NCBI GenBank assembly: GCA_009914755.4
Contig: CP068257.2
Location: 8,992,001 to 9,056,000, forward strand
Origin: the human T2T-CHM13v2.0 reference genome, Homo sapiens
Reading direction: 5' to 3'
DNA length: 64,000 bases
The notes under the pieces are model-generated. The model was given only the letters and a program-made list of their open reading frames with translations, ran no database searches and was not told where the DNA came from. How positions within the stretch are numbered: the stretch's first letter is position 1; each line of letters begins with the position of its first letter. A program made the translations under genes and the position numbers. Positions 15,001-30,000 of the stretch are shown here, one piece after another.

Positions 15001-18000
15001 TTCCATTCCCTTCCATTCCATTCCATTCCGCTCCACTCCATACCACTCTGCTGCATTCCATTAAATTCGACTCAATTCCACACCATTTAATTCCATTCCA
15101 TTAAATTCCAGTCCATTCCTCTCCACTACAATACATTTTACTCCACTCCACTCCATTCCATTCCATTCCTTTGCATTCCACTCCATTCCACTCCACTCCA
15201 TTCAATTCCACTCCTTCTCATTCCATTCCATTCCAATCCATTCCATCCACTCCATTCAATTCCATTCCACTCCACTTCACTCCTATCCACTCCATTCCAC
15301 TCCACTCCGCTCCACTCCTCTCCATTCCACTCCACTCTCTCCACTTCTCTCCACTGCATTCCATTCCCTTCCATTCCTTACCACCCCATTCCACTCCACT
15401 CCTTTCCATTCCATTCCATTCCACTCCACTCCATTCCATTCCATTCCACTCCACTCCATTCCATTCCTTTGCATTCCACTCCACTCCGGTACACTCATCT
15501 CCACTCAGTACAATCGCATTCCTTAGCATTTCATTCTATTGAACTCCATTCTACTCCACTCCACTCCTTTCCACTGCATTCAATTCCTTTCCACCCCATT
15601 CCATTGCACACCATTTCATTCCAATTCACCGCATTCCACTGGATTCCATTCGATGCTATCCTTTTCCATTCCATTTGATTCCATGCCATTCGATTCTATT
15701 CCTTTCGAGTCCATTCCTTGCAAGTCCATTCCATTCAATTCCATTCCTTTTGAGTCCGTTCCATTCGAGTTCATTCCTTTCTAGTCCATTCCATTCTGAT
15801 CCATTCCATTAGAGTCAATTCCATTCCAGTCCATTCCATTCCATTCCATACGAATTCATTCCGTTCTAGTAAATTCCATTTGAGTCCATTCCATTCCAGT
15901 CCATTCCTTTCAAATCCATTCCATTCGAATCCATTCCATTCCATTCCATTGCATTCCACTGCACTCCACTCCATTCCATTGCATTCCACTTCACTCCATT
16001 CCACCCCAGTCCATTCAATTCCATTCCTTCCCATTCCTTTGCAATCCATTCCACTCCACTCCACTCCATTCAATTCCATTTCTTCCAATTACATTCCATT
16101 CCATTCCACTCCACTCCACTCCATTCAATTCTATTCCACCCTATTCCATTCCACTGCATTTCAATCCACTCCACTCAACTTCACCGCATTACATTCGATT
16201 CCATTTCATGCCATTTGATTCCATTCCATTCGATGCCATTCCATTCGATTCCATACAATTCGATTCCTTTCCTTTCGATTCTGTTACATTGCATTCCATT
16301 CCATTTCATTCCATTCCATTCGAATCCATTCTATTCCATTCCATTCCATTCCATGCGAGTCCTTTCCATTCGAGTCCCTTCCTTTCCAATCCCTTCCATT
16401 CCATTCCATTCCACTCCATTACACTTCACTCCATTCCAATCCACTGCATTTCATTCCATTCGATTCAATTCCACTCCATTGCATTCCATTCCTTTCCATT
16501 CCATTCCATTCCCCTCCATTCCTCTCCAATCCACTACACTTTACTCCATTCCACTACTTTGCATTCCATTCAATTCCTTTACTTTCCACTCCACTCCTCT
16601 CCATTCAGTTCCATTCTTTCCCTTTCCATTCCACTCCATTACTCTCCACTCCAGTCCACTCCATTCCATTCATTTGCATTCCACCCCGTTCCAATCCACT
16701 CCATTCCACTGTACTCCAATCCACTCCACTTCACCGCATTCCATTCGATTCTATTCGATGCCATTTGATTCCATTCCTTTCGAGTCCATTCCATTCAGTT
16801 TCATTCAATTCGATTCTATGCCACTCGATTCCATTCCGTTTGAGTCCATTCCATTCCAGTCCATTCCATTCGAGTCCATTCCATTCCATTCCATTCCATT
16901 CCATTCCATTCCATTCCACTCCACTCCATTCCATTTCAATCCATTCCTCTCCACTGCACTGTACTCCACTCCATTCCTTTCCACCCCATTCGATTCCACT
17001 CCTCTCTATTCCATTCCATTCCATTCCACTCCATTCCATTCCTTTGCATTCCACCCCACTGCATGCCACTCAACTCCATTCGGTTCAATTCCATTCATTC
17101 CAATTCCATTCTATTGAACTCCATTCCACTCCACTCCACTCCACTGCATTCAATTCCTTTCCACCCCATTCCATTCCTATCCATTCCACTCCATTTCACT
17201 CCACTTCACAGCATGCCTCTGGATTCCATTCGAAGCAATTCTAATCCCTTCCATTCGATTCCACTTCATTCGATTCCATTCCTTTCGATTCCATTCCATG
17301 TGAGTCCATTCCATTCGATTCCATTCCATTCAAGAGCATTCCATTCCAGTTCATTCTTTTTGAGTGCATTCCATTCCAATCCATTCCATTCGATTCCATT
17401 CTTTTTGAGTGCATTCCATTCCAATCCATTCCATTCGAGTACATTCTATTCCAGTCCATTCCATTCTTTCCATTCAATAGGAGTGTTTTCCATTCTATTA
17501 AATTCCATTTGAGTCCATTCCATTCCAGTCCATTCAATTCCAGTCCATTCCATTCGAATCCCTTCCATTCCATTCCGTTCCATTGCATTCCACTTCACTC
17601 CATTCAACTACAGTCCATTCAATTCCATTCCTTCCCATTCCATTCCAATCCATTCCACTCCACTCCACTTCATTCAATTCCATTCCAGCCCATTCCATTC
17701 CACTGCATTTCACTCCACTTCAATCCATGTCACAGCATTCCATTCGATTCCATTTGATGCCATTTGATTCCATTCCATTTGATTCCATTCCATTCAATTC
17801 CATACAGTTCAAGTGATTTCCTATAAATTCCTTTCCATTCCATTCGAGTCCATTCCATTCCATTCAATTGCATTCCATTGCATTCCATTCCAATCCACTC
17901 CACTCCTCTCCATTCCACTACATTTTAATCCTCTCCACTCCACTCCATTCCATTCCATTCCATTCATTTGCATTCCACTCCACTCCACTACACTCCATTC

Positions 18001-21000
18001 AATTCCATTCCTTCCCATTTCATTCAATTCGACTCCATTCCACTCCACTCCACTGCACTCTATTCAGTTGCATTCCAACCCATTCCATTCCACTCCTTTC
18101 CACTCCACTCCACTTCATCACATTCCGTTCGATTCCATTCAATGCCATTCAGTTCCATTCTTTTAGAATCCACTACATTCAATTACATTCCATTCGATTC
18201 CATTCCATTCATGTCCATTCCATTCGTGTCCATTCCATTACAGTCCATTACATTCCTTTCCATTCCATTCCACATCACTCCACTCCACTCCTCTCCATTC
18301 AATTCCATTCCATTGCATTCCACTCCGCTCCAGTCCTCTCCAATCCGTTCAATTCCATTCCATTCCATTCCACTCCGCTCCAGTCCTCTCCAATCCGTTC
18401 AATTCCAATCCATTCCATTCTATTCCATTCCACTACATTCCACTCCCATCCACTCCATTCCATTCCATTCCACTCCACTCCATTCAATTTCATTCCATTC
18501 CTCTCTACTTCACTCCATTCTAATCCACTCCACTCCACTCCTCTCCTCCCCACTCAGTTAAATTACATTCCTTTCCACCCCATTCCATTCCACTCCATTC
18601 CATTCCTTTCCATTCCATTCCATTCCATTACATTACATTCCCTTCCACTCCATTCCATGGCATTCCACTCCATTCCATTCCATTACATTCCATTCAATTC
18701 CATTCCACTCGACTCCATTCCATTCCATTCCTCTTCACTCCACTCAGCTCCACTCCACTCCATTTCACTCCAACCCAATCCACTACACTACACTCAACTG
18801 CAATCTATATCATGCCATTCCATTCCATTGCATTCCTATCCACTCCACTCCACTCCCCTCCATTCTATTCCATTCCACCCAATTCCATTCCACTCCATTC
18901 CACTTCACCGCATTCCATTTGATTCCATTCGATGCGATTCGATTCCATTCCATTCGATTCCGTTTCACTCAATTCAATTCCATTCAATTCCATTCCATCC
19001 GATTCAATTCCATTCGAGACCATTCCATTGAAATCCATTCCGTTCGAGTCTGTTCCATTTGACTTCATTCCGTTCCACTCCATTCCATTCCAGTCCATTC
19101 GATTTTAGTCGATTCCATTCTGTTCCATTGCATTCCATTACAATCCATTCCATTCGTTTCCATTCCATTTGATTCCTTTCCATTCTAGTCCATTCCATTC
19201 CAGGTCATTATATTCCAGTACTTTCCAATTCACTCCACTCCACTCCGTTCTATTCCATTCCTTCTGATTCCATTCCTTTCCACTTCATTCCACTCCATTA
19301 CACCCCACTCCACTCCACTTCTCCTCATTCCATTTGATTCTTTTCGGTGCCATTCAAGTCCATTCCATTCGATTCCATTCCATTCCAGTCCATTCCATTC
19401 CAGTCCATTCCATTTGATTCCATTCGATTTGATTCCATTACCTTCGATTTTGTTCAATTCGATTCCATTCCATTCCAGTCCATTCCACTGCAGTGCATTC
19501 CATTCGATTTCATTCCATTCAATTCCATTACCTTCTATTTCATTCAGTTCGATTCCATTCCATTCCACTGCATTCCATTCCATTCCATTCCATTTGAGTC
19601 CATTCCACTCCATTCCATTCCTTTCCATTTCATTTGATTACATTCTTTTCGAGTAAATTCCATTCGATTCCATTCTAATTGTTTCCACTCCATTCCATTC
19701 TATTCCATTCCATTCCATTCCATTCCTTTCAAGTCCATTCCATTCCATTCCATTCCTTTCAATGCCATTCCATTCCAATCCACTCCATTCCACAGCACTC
19801 CATACCATTACATTCAATTCCACTCCATTCCATTTAGTTCCATTCCATACCGTTCTATTTCTTTCCATTCCACTCAACTCCATTTCAATCCTCTCCTTTC
19901 AATTCCATTCCTTCCCCTTCCATTCGTTTCCAATCCATTGCACTCCACTCCACTCCAATCCATTCAATTCCATTCCACCCCATTCGATTCCAATCCATTC
20001 CACTCTACTCCACTCCACTTCAACGCATTCCATTCTATTTCTTTCAATACCATTCCATTCAATTCTATTCCACTCGATGGCATTCAATTCCATTCCATTC
20101 TGTTCCATTCCATTCCATTTGACTCCATTCTATTCGATTCCTTTCCATTCGATTTCAATCCATTCCATTCCACTCCATTCCATTCCATTCCAATCCATTC
20201 CATTCCTTTCCATTCCCTTCCACTCCATTCTGTTCCATTCCATTCCATTTCATTTCATTCCATTCCATTCGACTGCATTCCATTCCGTTAGATTCCATTC
20301 CATTCCCTTCCATTCCATTCATTTCTATTCCACTCCGTTCCATTCCATTCCATTCCACTCCCTTCCATTTCATTCCATTCGATTCTATTCCATTCAGTTC
20401 CATTCCATTCAAATCCATTCCATTCGAGTCCATTCCATTCCAGTCCATTCTGTTCCATTCCATTCCATTCCATTCCATTCCATTGCATTCAATTCCAATC
20501 CTTTCCATTCCATTCCATTCCATGCCATTCGTTTCCATTGCATTCCATTCCATTCCATTCCAATCCATTTGATTCCATTTTTTTCAAGTCCATTTCATTG
20601 GAGTACATTCCATTCCATGCCTTTCCATTTCAGTCCACTCCTCTACTATCCATTCCATCTCACTCCACTCCATTCCATTCCACTTCTTTCCTCTATATTT
20701 CACTCCGTTCCTTTCCATTCCATTCCATTCCACTCCATTCCATTCCATTCCAATCCATTCCATGGCATTCCATTCAACTCCACCCCTCTAAACTCCACTA
20801 CATTCAATTCCATTCCACCCCATTCCATTCCACTCCATTCCATTCCTCTCAATTCCACTCTGCTGCACCCCATTCCACTCAACTCCACTGCATTCCATTG
20901 CCTTATATTCCACTCCATTCCATTGCATTCCACTCCACTCCACTCCTTTCCATTCCATTCCATTCCACTCCACTCCTTTCCACTCCACTCCTCTCCATTC

Positions 21001-24000
21001 AATTCCAGTTCTTCCCTTTCCATTCCATTCCACTCCACTCCAGTCTACTCCTATCCATTCCATTCCATTCCTCCCCATTCCATTCCACTCCATTCCACTT
21101 CACTCCACTCCATTTCAGCAAATTCTATACGATTCCAGTTGATGCCATTGAATTCCATTCCATTTGTTTCCATTCCATTTTGTTCCATTTCATTTGATTC
21201 CATTCCATTAGATTCCATTCCATTTTATTCTGTTCCTTTGATTGCATTCCAGTTGATTCAATTCCATTGGAGTCTATTCCATTCGAGTTCATTCCATTCC
21301 AGTTCATTCCTTTCGGGTCCATTCCATTCGAGTCATTGCTTTCCATTACATTCCCTTCCCTTCCATTCGATTTCATTCCACTCCACTCCATTCCACTCCA
21401 TTCCACAGCACTCCAATTCCACTCAATTACCCTCCATTCCAGTCCGTTCCATTCCATACCATTCCATATCATTCCATTATACTAATCTCCAATCCACTCC
21501 ACTCTGTTCAATTCCATTCTTTACCCTTCCTTTCCTTTCTACTCCATTCCACTCCTCTCCACTCCACGCCAATCCATTCAATTCCATTCCACTCCATTCC
21601 ATTCCAATCCAATCCATTCTACTCTTCTCCAGTTTACTTCACTTCATTCCATTCTATTCCTTTTGATACCATTCGATTCCGTTCGATTCCAGTCAATGCC
21701 CTTTGATTCCATTCCATTTGATTCCATTCCATTCTACTCCTTTCCATTCCATTACATTCCATTCGATTCCATTACATTGAAGTACATTCCATTCCAGTCC
21801 ATTCCATTCCATTCAATTTCATTCCAGTCCATTCCATTCCAGTGCATTCCATTCAAGTCCATTTCATTCGAGTCCATTCCATTCCATTCCATTCCATTCC
21901 ATTCCATTCCGTTCGATTTCATTCCATTTGTGTCCATTCCATTCGACTCCATCCGATTACATTCCATTCCCTTCCATTCCATTCCATTCCATTCCACTCC
22001 ACTCCACTCCATTCTATTCCATTCCACTCCACTCCGTTCAATTTCTCTCAATTCAACTCCATTACATTTCATTCCATTTCATTCCTTTACACTGTATTCC
22101 ATTCCAGTCCACTCCACTGCACTACACTCCGTTCAATTCCATTCCTAACCATTCCAATCGATTTCACTCCAATCCACTCCATTCCACTCCATTCAATTCC
22201 ATTTCACAACATTCCATTCCACAGCATTCCATTCCACTCCATTCCACTGCATTCCTATTTATGGCACTCCATTCGATTCCATTTGATGTCACTCGTTTCC
22301 ATTCCATTCGATTCAATTCCTTTTGAGTCTATTCCTTTCCATTCCATTTCCATTTGATTCCATTCCATTCAAGTCCATTCTATGCCAGTTAATTCCATTC
22401 CAGTCCTTTCCATTCTACTCCATTCCATTGGATTCCATTCCATTATACTCTATTCCTTTCAATTCCATCCATTTGATTCCCTTCCATTCTACTCAATTCC
22501 ATTCGATTCCACTGCATTCGAGTCCATTCCAATGGAGTCCCTTCCATTCCTGTCCATTCCTCTCCAGTCCATTCCATTCGAGTCCATTCCATTCCATTCC
22601 ATTCCATTTGAGTCCGGTTAATTCCATGCCATTCCACTTTTGTCCACTCCTCTCCATTCCACTCCATTCCATTACATTCCACTCCCTTCTATTCAATTCA
22701 ACTCCATTCAATTCAACTCCATTCCAATCCGTTCCAATTCATTCCATTCCATTCCACTCTATTCCATTCTATTCTGTTGGATTTCATTCCATTCTATTCT
22801 ATTCCATTCCATTCTATGTAATTGCATTCCATTTGAGTTCATTCCATTCCAGTCCATTCTATTCGAGTCCTTTCCATTCCATTCCATTCCATTTCATTCC
22901 ATTCCATTGCATTCGATTGTAATCCATTCCTTTCCAATCCTTTCCATTCCATTCCATTCGATTCCATTGCATTCCATTCGAATTCAATCCATTCCATTCA
23001 ATTCCATTGCATTCGATTCCGTTGCATTCCATTCCATTTCATTCCATTCATGTCCATTCCATTCCATTCCGTTCCATTCCATTCCCTTCCATTTTATTTG
23101 AATCCATTCCATTTGATTCCATTCCATTCCATTTCAATCTAATCCGCTCCCCTCCAACCCATCTCACTCCACTCAATTCAATTCCACTCCTTTCCACTAT
23201 ATTTTACTCCATTCCTTTCCATTAAATTCCATTCCATTCCATTGCATTCAATTGGATTCCCTTGAACTCCACTCCACTCCACTCCATTCATTTCCATTTC
23301 TTACCATTCCATTCCTTTCCACTCCATTTCACTCCACACTACTCCTGTCCATTCAATTCCATTCCACCCCATTCCATTCCACTCCATTCCTCTGCACTCC
23401 ACACCACTTCACCACATTTCATTCAACTCCAATTGATGTCTTTCGATTCCATTCCATTCGATTCCATTCCGTTTTGTTCTAGTCCATTCGATTCCATTCC
23501 ATTCTATTCAATTCCATTTGATTTAGTTCCATTCGATGGCATTCCATTTCATTCCATTCCATTCGTGTCTATTCCCTTTGAGTCCATTCCATTCCGGTCC
23601 ATTCCATTCAGGTCTATTCCATTCCATTCCATTCCATTCCTTTCCATTCCATTCCATTCCATTCACTTCCATTCCATTCCATTCCATTCACTTCCATTCC
23701 ATTCCAATCCACTCCATTCCACTCCATTCCACGGCAATCCATATCGTTACACTCAATTCCACTCCATTCCAGTCAGTTCTATTCCATACCATTCTATTTA
23801 TTTCCATTCCACTCAACTCCAATCCACTCAACTCTGTTCAATTCCATTCCTTCCCCTTCCATTCCTTTCCACTCCATTGCACTCCACTACACTCCAATCC
23901 ATTCAATTCCATGAGTCCATTTCATTCAAGTCCATTCCATTCGAGTCCATTCCATTCCCTTCCATTCCATTTCATTTCATTCCATTTGATTTCATTCAAT

Positions 24001-27000
24001 TTGTGTCCATTCCAACCGAGTCCATTCCATTCCATTCCATTCCGTTCCGTTCCATTCCATTCCACTCCACTCCACTCCATTCCATTCCTTTCCACTCCAC
24101 TGCATTCCATTCCAATCAATGCCTCTCCATTCCCTTTCTTTCACTTCCATCCCATTCCAAGTCATTCCATTCCAATCCACTCGACTGCATTCCATTCCAT
24201 TCATTTCCATTCCTAAGCATTCCATTCGATTTCACTCCATTCCACTCCACCCCACTCCACTCCGTTCAATTCCATTTCACAACATACAATTCCACTCCAT
24301 TCAAGTCCACTCCAATTCAGCCTGCTCCATTCGATTCCATTTGATACCATTTGATTCCATTCCATTTGATTCTATTCCTTATGATTCCATTCCATTCGAT
24401 TCCATTCCATTCAAGTCCATTCCATTGCAGTTCATTCCATTCCAGTCCATTCAATTCGATTCCATTCCATTCGATTCCATTGCGTTCTAATCCATTCTGT
24501 TGGACTCCATTCCTTTCAATTCCATTCAATTAGATTCCACTCCATTCGAGTCCATTCCATTCCTGTCCATTCCAGTCCAGCCCATTCCATTCCATTTGAG
24601 TGCAGTTCATTCCATTCTATTCCACTCCATTCCATTACATGCCATTCCACTCCAGTCCACTCCAATCCACTCCACTCCATTCCACTCCATTCCTTTCAAC
24701 TCTATTCAATTCCACTCCATTACAATCCGTTCCACTCCATTCCATTCCACTCCTTTCTATTCCATTCCATTCCATTCCATTCCATTCCATTTGATTCCTT
24801 TCCATTCCATTCCATTCCATTCGAGTCCATGCCAGTCGATTCCATTCCATTCCAATCCATTCCATTCAATTCCATTCCATTCCCGTCCATTCCATTAGAG
24901 TCCATTCCATTGCATTGCGTTCCATTCCATTCCATTGTGTTGCATTCCATTCCATTCAATTCAATTCAAGTCCATTCCATTCCATTGCTTTCCATTCCAT
25001 TCCACTCGATATCATTCCCTTTGATTCGATTCCATTTCATTCCACTCGATTACATTCAATTCGATTCTATTCCATTTGTTTCCATCAAATTCTATTCCAT
25101 TCCATTCGATTACATTGCAATCATTGCCATTTCATTCGATTCCATTCTATTCAGTTCCATTCCATTCATGTTCATTCCATTAGAGTCCATGTCTTTCGAG
25201 TCCATTTCATTCTCGTCCATTCCATTCCAGTCCATTCAATTCGCGTCCATTCCATTCGAGTCCATTCCATTCAATTCCGTTCCATTCCATTACATTCGAT
25301 TCCATTCCACTCCATTCCACTGCACTCCTTTCCATTCCATTCAATTCCACTTCATTCCATTCCATTCCACTCCACTCCACAGCATTCCACTCCCCTCCAC
25401 TCCATTTCCCTCCACTCCACTCCATTCCATTGCACTGCACTCATCTCTAGTACACTCCTTTCAATTCCATTCCTTCCCAATCTATTCCATTCTACTCCCT
25501 TCCACTCCTGTCCACTCCATGCAATTCCGTTGCACCCTATTCCATTCCAAACCATTCCACTCCCCTCCACTTCACGACATTCGGTTTGATACCATTTGAT
25601 GCCATTTGATTCCTTTCCATTTGATCCCATTCCATTGGATTCCATTCCCTTCAATACCACTCCACTCGAATATATTCCACTCGAGTCAATTCTGTTGCAG
25701 TCCATTGCATTCCATTCCATTTTATTTCATTCGATTCCATTCCATTCCATTGCATTCCATTGCATTCTATTCCATTCCATTGCATTCCATTCCATTCCAA
25801 TGCATTCCATTGCATTCTATTCCATTCCATTGCATTCCATTCCATTCCAATGCATTCCATTCCATTGCATTCCATTCCATTCCGTTGCATTCCTTTGCAT
25901 TCCTTTCAATTCCATTTGATTGCATTGCATTCCTTTCCATTCCATTTCATTACACTACATTGATTCCATTCCTTTCTATTCTATTCCATTCCATTCCAAT
26001 CCATTCCACTCCACTCAATTCCTTTCCATTCCATTTCACTCCATTCCATTCCATTCCATTTCACTCCACACCACTCCATTCCACTCCACCCCGCTCCATT
26101 CCATTACATTACATTGAACTACATTTCTCTGCAGTCCTCTCCATTCAATTCCATTCCTTCCAAATCTATTCCATTCCACTCCATTCAACTCCAGTCCACT
26201 CCATTCAATTGCACCCTGTTCTCTTCCACCCCATTCCACTCCCCTCCTCTTCATCACGTTCCATTCGATACCATTTGATGCCATTCGCTTCCTTTCCATT
26301 CGATTCCATTCCATTTGATTCCATTCCATTCGATACCACTCCATTCGAATGTATTCCACTCGAGTCACTTTCATTGGCGTCCATTGAATTCCATTCCATT
26401 TTATTTCGTTAGATTCATTTTCATTCTGTTGCATTCCATTCCATTCCATTCCATTTCAGTCCATTCCATTGCATTCCATTCCATTCCGTTGCATTCCATT
26501 GCATTCCATTCCATTCCATTCCATTGCATTCCATTGCATTCCATTCCATTCCGTTGCATTCCATTGCATTCCATTGCATTCCATTGCATTCCATTCCATT
26601 CCATTCGATTCCATTCCATTCCATTCCATTCCATTACATTCGAATCCATTCCATTCATTTCGATTCCATTCCATTCCATTCCATTCCATTCCATTCCAAT
26701 CCATTCCATTCATTTCGATTCCATTCCATTCCATTCCATTCCACTCCATTCAATTACATTCCATTCAATTCGATGTCATTCCATTCCATTCTATTCCATT
26801 CCACTCCATTCCACTCCACTGAATTCCATTCCATTCAATTCCACTCCATTCCATTCCATTCCCTTCCATTCCATTCCATTCCATTCCACTCCACACCACT
26901 CCATTCCACTCCACCCCACTCCATTCCATTCCATTCCATTGCACAACACTGCTCTCCAGTCCACTCTGTTCAATTCCATTCCTTCCCAATCTATTCCATT

Positions 27001-30000
27001 CCACTCCATTCAACTCCAGTCCACTCCATTCAATTCCATTGCACCCTATACCCTTCCACTCCATTCCACTCCACTCCACTTCACAACATTCCATTCTAAT
27101 ACACTCTATGCCATTCGATTACTTTCCATTTGATTCCATTCCATTGGATTCCATTCCATTCGATACCACTCCATTCAAATCCATTGCATTCGAGTCCATT
27201 CCATTGGAATCCATTGTTATTCCATTCCATTTTATTCCATTCTATTCCATTCCATTCCATTCCATTGCATTCCATTCCTTTGCATTCCATTTAATTGCAT
27301 TCCATTCAATTCCTTTCTATTCCATTTGATTCCATTCCATTCCATTCCACTCCATTAAATTCGATGTCATTCCATTCGACTCAATTCCATTACATTCCAT
27401 TACATTCCTCTCAATTACATTCAATTCGATTCCAATCCATTCGTTTCCATTCCATTTGTATCCATTCCATTCTATTACATTCCATTGGTTGCCATTCCAT
27501 TAGATTCCATTCTATTCGATTCCATTCCTTTCGATTCCATTCCATTTCAATCCACGTCATTCGATTCCATTTCATTCCCGTCCATTCCTTTCCAGTCCAC
27601 TACGTTCGAGTCTATTCCTTTCAAGTCCATTCCATTCCATTCGTTTCCATTCCAGTACATTCGATTCCAATCCACTCCATTCTACTCCACTTCATTCCAT
27701 TCCATTCCATTCCACTCTATTCCATGCCATTCCGCTCCATTCCATTCCATTCATTTCCACTCCACTCCATTCTCCTCCACTCCACTCCACCCCACTACAT
27801 TCCATTCCATTCCATTGCACTACACCCCTCTCCAGGCCACTCCATTGAATTCCATTCCTTCCCAATCTATTCCATTCTACTCCATTCCTCTCCAGTCCAC
27901 TCCACTCCATTCAATTTCATTGCACCCTATTCCATTCCACTGCATTCCACTCCAATCCAGTTCACCACATTGCATTCTATTCCTATCAATGCCATGCGAT
28001 TGCATTCCATACTATTCCATTCCATGCAATTCCAATCCATTCGATTCCATTCCATTCGAATCCATTCCACTTGATTAAATAATTCCATTCAGTTCCTTTC
28101 CTTTCCATTCCATTTCCTTCCATTCCATTGCATTCCATTCCATTCCATTCCATTGTTTTCCATTCCTTTCCATTCCATTCCATTCCATTCCATTTGATTC
28201 CAATCCAATCCATTCCATTCCATTCCTTTCTATTTCATTCCATTCAATTCCATTCCATTCAGTTCGATATCATTCCATTCGATTCGATTCGATTCCATTC
28301 CATTCCATTCGGTTACATTCAATTCTATTCCATTCCTTTCATTTCCATTCCATTCGATTCCATTCCATTCAGTTACATTACATTCGGTGTCATTCCATTT
28401 GATTCCATTCCACTGGATTCCATTCCATTCGATCCCACTCCATTCGATTCCATTGCATTCAAGTCCATTCCTTTGGAATCCATTGCGTTCCATTCCTTTC
28501 CATTCCATTAGATTTCATTCCATTCCATTGCCTTCCCTTTGATTCCATTCCATTCCATTTGATTCTGTTTGATTCCATTGCATTCAATTCCATATCATTC
28601 CATTCGATTCCATTCCATTCAATTCCATTCCAATCGATTGCATTCAATTCAATTCCATTCCATTCGTTTCCATTCCATTCTATTACATTCCATTCATTGC
28701 CATTCCATTCGATTACATTCTATTCGATTCCATTCCATTCCTGTCCATACCATTAGAGTACATGTCATTTGAGTCCATTTCATTCCCGTCCAGTCCATTC
28801 CGGTCCATTACATTCGAGTCCATTCCATTCGAATCCATTGCATTCCATTCCGTTCCATTCTAGTACATTCAGTTCCATTCCACTCCATTCTACTCCACTC
28901 CATTCCATTCCATTACACTCCATTCCATTCCATTCCATTCAATTCGATATCATTCCATTCGATTCCATTCCATTCAATTCCTTTCCACTCGATTACTTTC
29001 AATGCGATTCCACTCCCTTTGTTTGCATTCCATTCTTTGCCATTCCATTCGATTCCATTCTATTCAATTCCATTCCATTGGAGTCAATATCATTTGAGTC
29101 CGTATCATTTGAGTCCAGTTCATTCCCGTTCAGTCCATTCCAGTCAATTACATTCGAGTCCATTCCATTCGAATCCATTCCATTGCATTCCCTTCCATTC
29201 CATTCCAGTACATTCAATTCCATTCCAATCCATTCTACTCCACTCCATTCCATCCCATTCCAATCCATTCCATTCCATTCCACTCCACTCCATTTCATTC
29301 GACTCCACTCCACTCCACCCAACTCCATTCCTTTCCATTCCATTGCACTACACTCCACTCCAGTCCACTCTGCTCAATTCCATTCCTTCACAATCTATTC
29401 CGTTCCACTCCCTTCCACTCTAGGCCACTCCACTCCATTCAATTCCATTGCACCCTTTTCCATTCCCCTCCATTCCATGCCACTGCACTTTACCAAATTC
29501 CATTCCATTCCATTCGATGCCTTGCGTTTCCATTCCATGCGATTCCATTCCATACAATTCCATTCCATTCGAATCCATTCCATTTGTTTCCTTTCCATTT
29601 CATTCTATTCCATTCCATTCCATCGCATTCCATTCAACTCCACTTCACTCCATTCCACTCCACTTCATTCCATTCCATTCCACTCCATTCCTCTCCATTC
29701 CATTTCAATCTCTTCCACTCCATTTAATTCTATTCCCCTCCTCTCCAGTCCACTCCAATCCATTCCATTCCATTCCATTCCCCCCCACTCCATGCCATTC
29801 CACTCCATTCCAGTCTACTCCACTGCATTCCAGTCCACTCCACTCCACCCCATTACAATCTTTTCCCTTCAATTCCATTCCATTCCACTCCTCTCCATTC
29901 AATTTCCATCCATTCCATTCAATTCGAGGCCATTCCATTTGAGTCCATTCCATTGAAATCCATTCCATTCCATTCCATTAATTTCATTCCATTCCACTCC

